DNA of 64,000 nucleotides from Marsupella aquatica (taxonomy: Eukaryota > Plantae > Marchantiophyta). This document shows, in pieces, positions 12,267 through 25,500 of the stretch. The translations under genes and the position numbers were made by a program. The stretch covers positions 15,058,699 through 15,122,698 of the forward strand of contig OZ316894.1 in NCBI GenBank assembly GCA_973895155.1. Direction: 5' to 3'. Below the pieces are notes generated by a model, which worked only from the letters and a program-made list of their open reading frames with translations, made no database searches and was not told where the DNA came from. Each line of letters begins with the position of its first letter. Position 1 is the stretch's first letter.

Positions 12267-14084
12267 AAATTCACATTTTGGCAGTCCATGTGAGGAGGAA
12301 CAACACAGGACTTGGTAACTTCTCTTGGGGAACAAGACAGCAGCAGACCAATGTAAGGGAACAAATTCCTACAATAGTGAGGGGTTTAGTTGAGTCAGCC
12401 AGGAAACAGCAATTCAACCCCAATTGAACCTCACCTTGAACACTCAATTTGCAGGGGGAGAACTGGCAGCCTTGGGAAGACCAGTACAATGGGTATCGGG
12501 CTGATCAGATGCTCACCCAAGACTACCTTGATCATTACCACAAGGTAGTTTGGGGTGAGCGTCAGACTCAGGGAGCACAATATTTAGGACTGGCTTGGAT
12601 TATGCAATAAACTTGGCCGATTTTGTTTGTGGGGTTATTGGTAATACACTGCTCTAGGTAATCCCAAAAGTATTAGAATCAGTAATCTCTCAAAGGAAAG
12701 AGAGAAGCTCAGCATAGCGGTCTATTGGTGTTATACATACCTCAGAAAAAGAAGAAATTGGAGCTGATTCAAAGGCTAAGGGATATGGCCGACAACCATG
12801 CTGAAGATACAAGTTTGAAGAAGCCTTGGATCAGTTGCAAACAAAGAAAGCAACCAAATTTCATGATCATATTTATTTTCTTTATATCTACCTTTGCATA
12901 AATTAAAATCTGCATCCCCATCTCATGAGCGTCAAGCAACATTTACTCAAGCTTGTATCTGAGCATCTTACACATTGTGTCTTGATCTTATTCATAGACT
13001 ATTGTTGCACACTAAAGTTGCACACCCAATAACTGACCTCAATGACAACTTGGCCACAATGATTGCATGGAGGTATCAACTATGCAGCCATAACAATCAC
13101 ATGATCGTGATGACAACATGACCACAACATGACCCCAACAACACATAGTGTGCTTCAACAATTTCCTTGTCTTGCCTTAGTTGACATAAGTGCGCATTTT
13201 TGCCTAAACATCTTTTGTGCAATAGACGGGGTTCGGGCTGGTGAACATAAAGTATTAAAGCTTTGAAAATTAACTCCTATAATACACAGTTGCTCCACTT
13301 TTTGAAGTGGTGGTCATTCAAAATTTACAGTTTTCCGTGCCAAGTGAAAGAAATCCAATATGCAAAGCTAAGCTAAGAGAACAAATAAAAATAAAGCCAT
13401 GGCAAAATATGAAGGGAGCAGAATCCTTCTTGATATTCCTTATCGCTTTAGCAAGTAAAGTACTTCCTTTGATGTCATAATTGTACTTGCAAATACACAC
13501 TTTATCTACTCCCTCCCAGGCCATTGTCTTATTTGTATTGACCCTGCCCCAATGTACACCTCATGTGCATGCAATGCAAGGAGAGTGTTTACACCCATTC
13601 CCCTTGGTACTCATATGAATGAAATCATTTTATAAAAACAAATATACTTGGAAAAATTCAATATATATATATATATATGTTTGGATGAGATAACAAGGGG
13701 TTGGGGTGACAGGGTTTAGGGATACACATATAAAGGGACAACCACATTTGATAACATCAAAAACTATAATAAGGCGTTGTGCCTTTTTTTTGGCCGTGGT
13801 CGTCATTTGAATTTACAGGGCCATTTTAGGTGAAAAAAATTCAATACGGAAAAAAACCAAAGCAATAGCGACCAAAAATGGCCCTCGCACCAGCTCCTGA
13901 GGTCAACTGCCGTCTGATCGCGGCGACAGCACCGAGCCGAGGCAAGTAAAATGTCGTGCGCCCAGCCTCTATAACGAGTGGGGCAACCACCCTGCCGCCT
14001 TGCCCCACACGCCGACAGTCGATTGCCGCACTCTTGCGGTCAACCTCCCACCACCCTCCTTCCCCGCCCTGATGACCCGACTCT

Positions 14085-14495
14085 TTTTAACAACATATTT
14101 TTACTTGACATCTAGCTTTTTAATGAAATCGTTTTACTTGACAACATCTTTCACATGACAACTTCTTTGGTGACACAACTTCTTTGTTTTAATGACATCT
14201 TTTTACTTGATGATATCGTTTACATAACGACTTCTTTGGCGACACAACTTCTTTTTTAATGACATCTTTTACATAACAACATCATTGGCAACACGACCCC
14301 GGACACGACCTCTATTTTCTTAATGACATCTTGGGCCAACATGACATCTTTTTTCTCAACGATATCTTGGTCAACACAACATCTTTTTTCTCAAGGACGT
14401 CTTGGCCAATAGGACATTTTTTTTTCAATAACATTTTGGTTAGCACAATATTTTTTTCTCAACAACGTCTTGGTAGACATAACATCTTTTATACA
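14085..14495. repeat. Degenerate short-unit array (GACATCTTT / GACACAACTTCTTT motifs)
   Basis: Many imperfect copies of atgacatcttt and gacacaacttcttt. Confidence 0.6.
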
Positions 14496-14599
14496 ACACG
14501 CGGGTATTGAGCTACTACCCTCTGAACAATTAGGGTCCCCTCCAAGGTGAAAAGTTTGAACGGAGATTCTCTCCAAATTTATTTGCTTGGTTCAATAAG

Positions 14600-15000
14600 A
14601 AACCTCTAATCACGTGGAAAATGTACAGATTCCGGAAGATGTCGCGAATGTTCACCGGAAACCAATAGAGAAGCACCACCCGAGACTTCTTCATTGGCTA
14701 TGCCGTGCCGAAGGAGGCACAGGAAAGGGCACGCGGCCGATGCATACAGGCTCGAGGTCTGGAACCAAGCCGGCCAAGAGGAGTGCCTGCCCACGAACGG
14801 TCGAACGGGAGAATCGGGCCATCGGGGTTCGACGTGGCAGGCGGAGATTCTGAAAACGCGTGGCCAGCTGGGGTTTACAGGTGGCAGGTGCCCTACGGCC
14901 TACGTGATGTCCGCCCCGTTAGACCTGTCTGCGTGGGTGGGCACTTACCGATCCGCCTGTCCGATGAAGACCGGACTTACGGTACGACGGACGGCACAGT
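14600..15000 (+). promoter_or_regulatory. Probable 14-3-3 promoter (CpG-rich; G-box/ABRE-like and CCAAT motifs)
   Basis: CACGTG at 14611, CCAAT at 14662, ACGTGGC at 14832, CGCGTGGC at ~14857, TACGTG at 14901. CpG is visibly retained compared with the flanking TE DNA. Confidence 0.45.
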
Positions 15001-15429
15001 CCAGCGCTGTGCTCGTCTACATTTTTTCCTGCGCTGCGGCTGTAACGGGGAAGGAGCTGGTTTTGTGCAAGCATTTGGCATTCATTGCTAGCGTGCGCAT
15101 TTGGTGTGGAGGGTTGGTGCTGGAGCTTCTTCGCGTCACAGTATTCTGCACTCGAGATCTCTCGTTACCTCTTAGAGCGCGCGCATAGCACGGCAAGGTA
15201 GGCAAGGAAGTCTGACTAAGACGGAGTGCCGGGCTCATCTATCGGAAGAGCTGTGACAGAATTTCGAGAGGAGTCGGGAGGGATTGGAGGGAGGAGAGTC
15301 GAGCGAAGGAAGTTTCGCGCACGACGAGTACGGGCTTCGCCGAGTATTCTTGGCTGTAAGAGCAGAGGTTAGGGTTGAGCTTTCGGTTCAGGAAAGGAGG
15401 TCGAGGGACAACAAGAGCAAGCCGCAAAA

Positions 15430-16221
15430 ATGGCGGGCGCAGCGACACCCGAGTCCAGGGAGGAGAGCGTGTACATGGCGAAGCTTGCAGAGCAAGCTGA
15501 GCGGTACGACGAAATGGTGGAGGCGATGGAGAAGGTCGCCAAGACCGTGGATGTCGAGGAGTTGACGGTCGAGGAACGGAATTTGTTGTCCGTGGCTTAC
15601 AAGAACGTCATCGGGGCACGACGTGCGTCCTGGAGGATCATCTCCTCGATTGAGCAGAAAGAGGAGAGTAAGGGTAATGAGGACCATGTGGCTGCGATCA
15701 AGGACTATAGGGCCAAGGTAGAGTCGGAACTGAGCACTATTTGCGAGAGCATCCTCAATCTCCTTGATACACACCTGATACCCACGTCAACCACTGGGGA
15801 GTCGAAGGTTTTCTATCTGAAGATGAAGGGTGATTACCACCGTTATCTTGCTGAGTTTAAGACCGGCACTGAGCGGAAAGAAGCCGCTGAGAGCACTCTT
15901 CTCGCTTACAAGTCAGCCCAAGATACCGCACTCACGGAGCTCGCTCCTACGCATCCTATCCGATTGGGTTTGGCTTTGAACTTCTCTGTGTTCTACTACG
16001 AAATCTTGAACTCTCCCGACAGGGCGTGTTCTTTGGCAAAGCAGGCCTTCGATGAAGCCATTGCAGAGCTCGACACTCTTGGTGAAGAGTCCTACAAAGA
16101 CAGCACCCTTATCATGCAACTGCTACGAGACAACCTTACTCTCTGGACGTCAGATATGCAAGAAGATGCTGGGGATGACGCCAAGGACGGTGCCAAGCAC
16201 GAGGATGCTGACGACAGTTGA
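15430..16221 (+). CDS. GRF: 14-3-3 protein (plant general regulatory factor, non-epsilon-like), single-exon CDS, 263 aa
   Basis: Canonical motifs [101 protein letters not shown]. Confidence 0.98.
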   Translation: MAGAATPESREESVYMAKLAEQAERYDEMVEAMEKVAKTVDVEELTVEERNLLSVAYKNVIGARRASWRIISSIEQKEESKGNEDHVAAIKDYRAKVESELSTICESILNLLDTHLIPTSTTGESKVFYLKMKGDYHRYLAEFKTGTERKEAAESTLLAYKSAQDTALTELAPTHPIRLGLALNFSVFYYEILNSPDRACSLAKQAFDEAIAELDTLGEESYKDSTLIMQLLRDNLTLWTSDMQEDAGDDAKDGAKHEDADDS

Positions 16222-17140
16222 GCTAGGAGTGGTCGTGAGGGATGTTTATACAAGTTTTCCATTGGAGACGTGACAGTGGAATCGAGTCTGGTTCTTATAT
16301 GAAACGCAATCTGACCTAATAGTTTGCCATGTGTTGTTAGTATTTCCCAAGAGGGCATCAATTTGTCCCCTTAGAATTATCCCAGCAGTATAACCTGGCG
16401 AACGCTTTCGATTGACGCGGCTCTTGCATTGAACTTTGTTTAGATTTTGAGAAAGTAGCTTATTCCTCAAGTGGGAGCACAAACAGCTGCAATACTTATG
16501 TCATGGTGGTATGTCCACCCTGCAAAGACGCAAAAATGGCCACTTTTCGCACACCTCCTGCATAAGTGCTGATTAAGCCCCGTATTCTGGGTGAACGGTG
16601 GAACTGCTTCTTGTTGGGCCAGCAAGCATGATTAAATCACTGCAATGTTTGCAGTTTCAAATTACTGTGATGATTAAGAGGATGACTTCTATTGGTTTCT
16701 TTAAGTATTCATTTGTCTTTACGAGGTAGTTGTTCTGATGTGCTTTTCCCGGGTACTGAGAGAGGGATGCATCTGACCGTTGCATGCAATGGTCAGACTA
16801 CGCCGTAGATTTACTTGTAGACATGCCGATATGCGTGTGGACATTTACATTCATTGAAGTTTACACGGACCACAGCATTTGAAATGGATGTTTTATGTTC
16901 TGTCGATTTTGCTGACTTCAACGTAGTGTAACGTACTTCACACGCGGGCTCGTGACTGTCTCAGCTTCCTACACACTTCCAGTATGATTCAAATATCTGC
17001 AAGTGCCTGTAATTACCACGTTGTCAAGGAAAGCATGGAGGTTCTGATCAAGCTTTGAACCTCTACAACATTTTTGTAATTACTGCTTCTCTACCCTGGG
17101 TGCTCAAAGAAATTCTTAACTTTACTCGGAGCCTCATCAT

Positions 17141-18276
17141 AATGAATACATGATATTCATTCTCTATACTAGAGCTATCACATCACATAGTTGACAAACC
17201 CTCTTTTTCCTGTCAATATCTTTCCATCTCCCTTGTTCTATTTTAAGGTGGTGTGAGCTTAGTCTATACTGAGCAATAAGTTGTCTAAGTTGTAGTGAGA
17301 TAGTGCTAGATAAGTATTCTTGTTCTCCATATTTCTTCATGGGGTTCACATCTCTCATGTAGTATACTACATGCCGTGGGCTAGGTTCATGCCAAAGTTT
17401 GTGCAAAGCCTTTTGCTCAAGTTTTGCTCTTAGCTTGGTTGGGTGTGTTGGCTATTCATGTTCAGGAAAATCCCAAGCATGGGCTCACCTGCACACATCT
17501 GCATACCACCCTTTAGCTGAAGATGAGCGCAAGGCATGAAAAGGAAATCTGTTTTCCTCCAACTCTCTTACACGCATGATGTATTTGAGTGTGTGGAAGA
17601 GTGCCTCCACCTCCAAAGGAAACAAGCCTGCCTCTGCAAGTGTAAGTGCATATGGGGTTTGTGACTTGATCCCAAGCTCCATCTCAAGAAATAGCTTTTG
17701 CAGCCCCTCAATCTGTTGCCACCCAGATTTAGACACACCTGCTCCCCAAATTGGTGCTCCATAAAGAATGACTGGTTTCACCAAAGCTCCAAAGAGATGT
17801 TTCCTTAACCTCCAAGTGTGTAAATCAGCTCTTTTGCATTTGTTCATGAATGCATAAAAAGCTCTGTACCCATTAGCAGCCCTAGATTTACACATGAGGC
17901 CCAACTCAAGTTTTGAGAGAACTCCACCCCAAGGTATTTGTAGGTCCTCACAAATTCCACCAGATTCCCTTGGAAGTAGAGCTCTGGATTTTGTCGTGTG
18001 CCAATGCCCAAACACTTGGTCTTCTTGAGGTTGACTACTATCCCTGTTGCTTGACAAAACTCCTCCAAGGCATTGAGATGCCTTTGCAAAGCTTCTTGAG
18101 CATGAGCAAGTAGGACCACATCATCTGCAAATATAAGAAGTTGGAGGACAAACCTACCCAATTGAGTGCCAACTCCACCATGCTCCTCCAAAATGTTGTG
18201 TAGCTGATCAATGAAGATGCCAAAGAGAGTTGGTGAGAGAGGACAACCTTGGATCACCCCAAGAGTGCTCCAGATT
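17141..18276 (-). mobile_element. Internal fragment of LINE ORF2 (RT C-terminal half to Zn finger), inverted near-identical copy of ~42795-43922
   Basis: IQGCPLSPTLFGIFIDQL...LLIFADDVVLL...RLSSHHLKIEQGRW is almost identical to the LINE at 39594-44234, with small indels. Confidence 0.93.
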
Positions 18277-19668
18277 GGCTTGGCGTAGCACTTCCAGGGG
18301 CAAGGGTGCTTGGCATAGCACTTCCAGGGGCAAGGGTGGTGTCTGTTGGGGCCAAGGTGGCCATATTCTTCCCTCTAGCCTTGCGCCAATGGCTATACTC
18401 GCCTAGGATGATTGCAATGTGACTCCCTAGGTAGGTCTTCCCTCCGATAGGCATGCCCGTCTGAGCTCACTTGAGCTCCCCCAAAAATTGGTGGCTAAAG
18501 AATTGGGCCCAGTTCCGCCGCTTGCACTGCTCCACCTGCACGATTGTGCAGAGGGAAATCTTGGAGCGGGGTTCAATCATGTGCAAGGTAGTCCATATGA
18601 AGTTTAGCCACTCCATACATACCAGGTTGGTACATGAACCTTGCTTGTACCGGTTGTCTATTTTGCCCTTTGGTTTGAAGTGCTAGGGCGTGTACTCCTT
18701 ATCCCTAATCCAAAGTTTGACTAACACCGGCCCGGTTGGCAGACAAAAGATCTGGGCCAACTGGTACTCCGTCAAGGACAAGATCTGCCCCAATACCTTG
18801 GTGGCAGGCCTATCAATATCAAAATTGGAGATGAACTCGTACACCTCCCTTGCCCCAAAGGCGGTAGGCCTCCAAGTTAAATGGGCAAATTTCTCCAACT
18901 TATGCTCCTTGAGATAGTTTGTGTGTGATGGGTTCTTGATTGTGGTCCAAACCACCTTAGGGACGCGGATTACCTACAACAGGTTTGGCTGTTGGGTGGT
19001 AGTCCGCGTAGTCAGTTTTGGGCCTTGCATTGTCCTAGCCGCTTCCTCAAGCGTTGAGTTAGTCATGGACTAACATTTCCACCCGAGTCCGACAAACATT
19101 CGGTGTTGTCAACCAGATGGACCTGGGCCTAGCTTGGTGGTATGCGCGTGGCCGAAATAATAGGCCGAGTGGCAGTGGGCACTAGCAGAGTAGTCATATC
19201 CCAATTAAAGGAGTTAGAGCTTTCTCCAAGGAAGATGAGGTTTTGTGTTGCCTCCCTCTGACAGTTGATGTCCTCCTCCCATTTCTCGACCGCAATCTGC
19301 TACTCAACGTAACCGGGAATCGTATCAAACTTTGCCTAAGTCAGTTTCTGGCCGCCCTTCAGCCTAAAGTATTTTGCGGGGACTACCAGGATTGTCTTGG
19401 CTATAGACCGGAATCCCGACCGGAATCCTTCTTTGTTGATGTACAGCTCGGTAATGTAGTCCCATAAGTCATTATAGTTTGAGTCCTTGGTGAGCACGGC
19501 CTTCTCGCAGTTAATTTGTGCTACCTTAATCACCAATTTCACATACCTTTGTTTGTAGGAGGCTTTCTCAGGGCAAGAATACCAGTAAGTCTCCGAGAGC
19601 TTAGCGCCTACCTCTCCAAACAAGGTCCAAAATCCTAGAGCGGTAAGGGTCATACTAACCTTAGCCAT
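18277..19668 (-). pseudogene. Decayed Gypsy accessory ORF, related to 59623-62967
   Basis: YLKEHKLEKFAHLTW...VYEFISNFD...VLGQILSLTEYQLAQIFCLPTG aligns by eye with FMAGSGLEAFVRLPW...LLEFVGSWE...IYGKDFYLTPKVIAEVFGLPMG. Confidence 0.6.
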
Positions 19669-20244
19669 CCGCTGATCAATTTTGCTTCCCTCACTCCCTT
19701 AATATCATAGCGCCACAGGTCCGCAATCTCTTGTGAAGAACTCCACTCACCTTGGTGCACCGTTCCGACTAATTTCCACCACAATGCGCCCTTATCCTTT
19801 GGTTTCCTTTGATGAAAATGAGCTCAATCAAGAGTGTAGCTAATGTGCGAGAGCAAACCGACGAGGTCCAAGTGACTACAATGCGAGAAGCGGCAAATGA
19901 GCTGCCATACCACCAAATGGGCTCTTATGGGGGTCCCTGGGCAAGTTCGGCCATGAGAATTGTCAAAAACCATTAGCCGCCATTGCTTAATTGAGTGCAA
20001 CTCTCAATCCAAGCGTGAGGTGCCATAACAAATTTTTACTCTACGGCCGCCATAGTACAGCCGATGATCGTAATAGTGCTCCTTGCTATCATTACTCATT
20101 AAGTTGACTAACCTATTCCTAGTCTAATCATAATTGCCAAAACTTCTACTCATACCATCCTATCTATACGGATATGGTCCTAATGACCATACACGTCCTA
20201 ATCTGGTACTTGTGTCATGTTAAGTGACATGCTACCCATGTCAC

Positions 20245-20960
20245 AACAATCGTTAAGATGGAATCACTACCTTGGGACTCAGGTAACCCCACAATGAAGT
20301 CCATGGAGATGGACTCCCATGGAGTTGCGGCTGCTGGTAAGGGTTGTAGAAGTCCTCCTTTTGCCCTATAGACCGTTTGTTTCTTTTGGCACGAGTAACA
20401 ACTTTGCACATGGCAAAGAACCAATTGTTTCATGTCTGGCCAATACACATCTTGCAACATGTTGCGATATGTAGCAGCTTGTCCTCCATGCCCACCCCAG
20501 GGCGAGTCATGGTACTTTTGAAAAACCTCCAATCTTAGAGACTTTGGGATGTACACACGCCTCTACTTGTATTGCCATAACTGGATATTATGCGTTGTAT
20601 CCAACCCCAATGAAATGTGCCTTACCTTGCCTTGGCTACCCCCATTGCTTTGCTATTCCTTGGCTAACCTGTCATCCCCATACGCCTCGGCCACAACCTT
20701 TGGCCACTCAAATTTGAGCATCGTGATCCCATTGACACAATGATGGTCCTTACGTGATAACGCGCAAGTGCTGTGTTTGTCTTCCCAAGAACGTGATGGA
20801 CTTTGCAATCAAAATCCGCCAAGAACACCTGCCAGCCTTGGGGTTCAGCCTTGGCTTGGAACCGAAGTACCCGATTGGCGAGCTATCTGTGTGTATTACC
20901 ACCTTGGGACCGTTCTTAAGGTAAATTGTGACGCTGCCAGCAAGGTGGTTAATGAGTAAT
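20245..20960 (-). pseudogene. Ty3/Gypsy pol fragment (RNase H end, integrase H2C2 zinc finger, start of core)
   Basis: YHDSPWGGHGG...YWPDMKQLV...CYSCQ...GLLQPLP...PWESISMDFIVGLP; upstream VIHTDSSPIGYF...PRLNPK. Confidence 0.85.
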
Positions 20961-21554
20961 CCGGCCTGATCCGTGCTTAGCACGCGCGCTACGGACTTAG
21001 TAGCCTGTAGTTATTAGCATAACAACACTAAAATAGGTAGTAATCATGAATAGGACATCATTAATCAATAAGAAGCATTTACGCTCGGGCTGGCGGCGGA
21101 GCACCATCCATACCGCCGGGTTACAAGCTTGTTATGGATGTCTCCTTGGGTCCATATAACAAATCAAGGAGGCAGCTCTTTGACACGCTATCGCAAGGAC
21201 TTAAAGTTAGGGGCTCCTCGGGAAAACTACACGTTTCTGGCTGCAATTGGGACAGGCAACAAGCACTTTTCGGAGCAAACTCTCACTCCTTTATATTTTT
21301 TACTTTTCTCACAAAGGTTACAATAGGTGACCTCGAGTAAGCTTGCCCACAAGAGTCTGGTAGTTGGCCCTACGGCGGGCCGCTACCTCTAACTTGTCGA
21401 GTGAAACTCCTCGAGTGACTAACTACTCAAAATCTGACGGAAAAACTATCCTCCTTAGCTCACAAAACCAAAACTCGACTAGCTACTCCACTAGTCTAAA
21501 ACAACTCACACGGAACTCGGGCCTAGACCAACGAGGCTCCAAACTCAAGAAATC

Positions 21555-21660
21555 CTCGCCTGGATCGACGAGACTCCAAACTTGAGAAATCCCCACCTGG
21601 ATCGACGAGACTCCAAACTTGAGAAATCCCCGCCTGGATCGAAAACTCCACGCCTGGATC
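21555..21660. repeat. Short tandem repeat (~38-bp unit cctggatcgacgagactccaaacttgagaaatcccc) in an LTR-like region
   Basis: Two full copies plus partial copies are visible. Confidence 0.7.
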
Positions 21661-22367
21661 CAACACTTGCCAGAACTCCAAAACCGCCGCACAATAGTCG
21701 AGTTCCGTAGAATGGAGCGAAACTCACAGAACGCAACTCAACAGATCTCAATAGACAACCGCCAACCTCAATGAGCCGAGGCTCAAGTCTTAAGTAGCAT
21801 CGGAAACCCAACCATCCAGCCTGAGCCAGCTACCATCTGCAAGGCTCATCCAAACTCCAAGCCTGGTGACTCACCCAAACACCAAACCTGGTGACGATGA
21901 GTCACCCAATCACCAAACCTCAATCCATCCAACCAAGCAGCCCCTCCAAGTTAGCATGCACGCAACCCAACCGGGAGGCCTCGCCCATCATCCCCTATAA
22001 AAGCCATTCCTGAGCCGAAATCTTTCGGCACGACATCCTCCCCCAGTAAACCTGAGCAGCCTTCGATCTGCTCCAATCCATCAGATTTCCTCTAAGTCTG
22101 AGTCCAAACTCAAGCCATGCGCCTGGACCACTTCCTCCTCAAGAAACTCAAACCCAAGGCCTTCAGACTCGGCATTAGGCACTCCACTTTCCAGAAACTC
22201 GAAGTCCAACTCATCCGAATCAGAACCAGTCAAGCCACTTTCGAAACTCAAGTCCAACGGATGTGCCTGGACCAGTGCCTCATCTTCAAATTCACTCAAG
22301 TTGGAACTTGAGTCCATTCCCTTCTTGGTCCTCTTGAAGATCTTCACCCTTTTCCCTGCGTAAGGTA

Positions 22368-22530
22368 CACTAGTAGAAACCGGGGCAATTTAGACCATAC
22401 CTTATAGGACTATGCCCACTAAGTCCTTTTTCCATACTTAAAACAACTCGCACCCATTGCACCGGTTTTGTTGAAGACTAGAAAAGACTATGAGAGTTTT
22501 ATGGTTCACTAAAAGACTATGAGAAGTAAC
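22368..22530 (+). repeat. CACTA left TIR and subterminal repeats
   Basis: cactagtagaaaccgggg followed by ggactatg / aaaagactatgaga repeats. Confidence 0.88.
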
Positions 22531-25500
22531 CTTGCTACTTTGTGAAGGGTGAATAGTCTAGCACATCATGGGTAATGTTCACTCTATGTTGAGGAGGGGT
22601 AATTCTCCTTCATCTTTGAGCCGAAAGCACCGACGTCTATCGAGTGCCAAAGAACTGCTGGAGATCGAGCGAATTCACACTCTCAGATGTGGGTCGTGTC
22701 AAATTGTTTCCTCCATTGATGGCAGCCTTCTGTGAGATTGATTTATACTGTGTGGCTATCTGGGAGTTTTGTCGACTCATTTGACACCGATACTCCCGTG
22801 ATTTCCTCATACATAGTGCCACTGCCCCCCCGCATTGTGTTCAATCCCTATAGCTTATAGCTGCACCACTCTTGGTGGCCCTTGCTCATGCCTTGGTTTT
22901 TTTTCTTTTTCCCATTACAGTATACACCCCCTTCTTACTAATCAGGTGGATTAATTTAGTACTAGACAATGCTTTGACACTTTACACTTACACTATGCTG
23001 ACCTACTGCGCCTTCTAGTGCTTATTCCCTAGTTGTTACTTGTTGCATGGACCACTAGAAGAACGGCTTCGCAATCTTTGCCTGATCTGATGACCCTGGT
23101 TGAGTAACTCTTTGTTATTGCCTCCTTTGGGTGTTGAGGTTTTATGATGCCATTTGGCCTACTGGTTCCCCCATCCGTGGGGTTCACGCGGAATAAATGT
23201 AAAATTTCAAACAAAAAAATAAATCTATAAAGAGGGTGATAGCAAGGGGCATAACTCATTAAATGTCCTTATTTGTGACCAAAAAGGTTTTGGGTTAATG
23301 AAGTGGGGTTCATGGAGGTTGGACCATGGAGGGATGGTCAAGATATTCTTGGCCATTACTAAATCCATCTATAAAAGGTCAAGATGCACAAAGGTAGATT
23401 TGTACCGGTCCTTTTTCATACATTAGAGCTAGGTCACATTCTTGCACCGGGAATATTGCATTTTAGGACCGGATATAATGTTGGGCAACCTTAATCCTGA
23501 TTACGGCGTGCAATAAAATGTCACTACCGACCATGTATGTGCAAATATGACCATTCATTGCCTAAGTTGGCCATGCAGTAACACTTTGTAGCTTTGTCCC
23601 ACTTTGGGTGACACTCAACGGCTCACTCAAACGGTAAGGCTGAGTGGCTTCCCCTAATTCGGTTTCAGGCACTAAACTTCACTTTGGGAGTCTCTTTGGA
23701 GTTTTCGCCATTGTCATTGAACTTAGAACGTGAGGGGTGGAGTGTTCGGGGTTTTACGTAGGGTTTTCCTTTCAGTGTTGCCCACTTTTTGCGACCATTG
23801 CGGAGTGAACTTCCCGCGCGTTATGTGCTTGTTTATGCTCTCGAGGAGCAGTGTTCAGGCAGTTGCAGTGATCTAACCTTGCGCTTGCAGTCTACTCATA
23901 GACCTGCATTCCTGCTCGATCTCCTTTAGGGACATTTAGTTTTTGGCTGGTAGGGCGAAGAAGGTTGTGGCTGCTGCAACGTTCGTGAGGAGCTTGTCGG
24001 AGTTTGAGGAGTCGGAGGTTGGGGTTTCTTCAAGGTTTTGGGTGACAATCTCGGTCACAGTTGTGGTATAGACCCTTTTGCTGCACCCATAACGAGCATC
24101 GGGAGGCCGTGAGGCTCATTGGGAGGTCCTTCAGTTGTCAAGCTGCCGTTGAGCTGGTGAAGTTGCATGCGGGTTGCATCTGTTCTGCGGACACAGTCAA
24201 TGTGGGAATCCATATTTTCATAGTGCTTGTTCTTGCAAACTGGGAGCCGAGAGTTTGGAGTCGGGAGCTAAGAAGGGTATTGTTAGGCTTCAATTACTCT
24301 GTGGTTTTCTCCAGCTCCATGGTACAGTTTCAATGTTAATGCTTTGTCCTTGTGCTGGTCTAGGTAGCGCGAGCTTCTACCTATTGCGCCCTCTTGCTGT
24401 AAGCGTATTGAGCTGCCAACTGAGTGATTCATACCTGTAGCTGCTTACGCGTGATCAAGAGATTGAACAAATGCCTAGTGCTGTCCAGCAGGAGAAAACT
24501 CTTTTTGGTCACGATCGGGCGTTGGAATATAACTAAGTGCGGCAGAGCAACACGGGGAGCTGTAGAGTTGCAGACAAGACGCAACTATAGAGGAGGCATT
24601 GGGAAGGACACAACGGTGCGGTGAAGGTACAAGGACCGTGGACCCTAACTTGTTTGCTGCCTTGGGAGGATCCGGAGAGCCCGAGGCGACATGCTTCATT
24701 GAGCCTGAGCTAGCTGAATCCAATCCAGGAGTTGTTGCGCTAAGGTGAGACTTTGAGTTTAGGGTTGCTTCAGTGTCCGAGTAGGTTTTCTCTTTGCGTC
24801 GGCAGCTAGAAGGTAAGCTCGGGGGCTTTACAAAGGGTTAGTGTTGTGGACTTTCCCTCCTGGACGTTGTGTGTCTTCATTTGCAACTTGTTTGTGGACC
24901 TGTGATCCTGAGACTGTCAAAATTGTTGTGGCCGCACTGACAACTTGATGACGCGTTTTGTGGATGCACCGTTAGTAATCGCGAGTACAGCTCTCCAACA
25001 ATTGCACTTACCATTTTTGACCACCTTGCATGATGTCCATCCGTGGGCTGGACCCCAAGAAGTAGATTTCGGTAGATTTCGGTAGATTTTGTCTTTGCCC
25101 CCGGTCCTCATTTTGTGCAATGTCCGCCTGGCACTTGGTTCTTGATCCCTACATTATCGTCTGCCGCTCGGCTGCTTGCAGAAGGGATCAAACAGATTGG
25201 AGGTGCTTGGTCTTTTCATTTTGAGTGTCAGAGTTTAGGAGGACAGCTTGCACCATCGCCGACAAGAATGACCTGCTTGCAGAACAAGAGGGACGAGCGT
25301 GAGCTGCTTGCAGAATAGGAGATTGACCGCGAGCACGAGCTGCTTGAAAAATAGGAGACTGAGGGCAACCTGCTTCTTTGTTGCTACTCTGGTTGCGCTG
25401 CTACATTGGTTGTTGATCTTCACCCACCCACTTGCCTACTCAATTGACAGAGTACAGCTTTGTCTCTGCGTCTGTTATTGCTGTCTTTGTCCCTCCCCTT

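Noticed and set aside
14614-15565. Overlapping short ORFs upstream of 14-3-3
   Set aside because: GC-rich promoter/UTR DNA with no recognisable domains.
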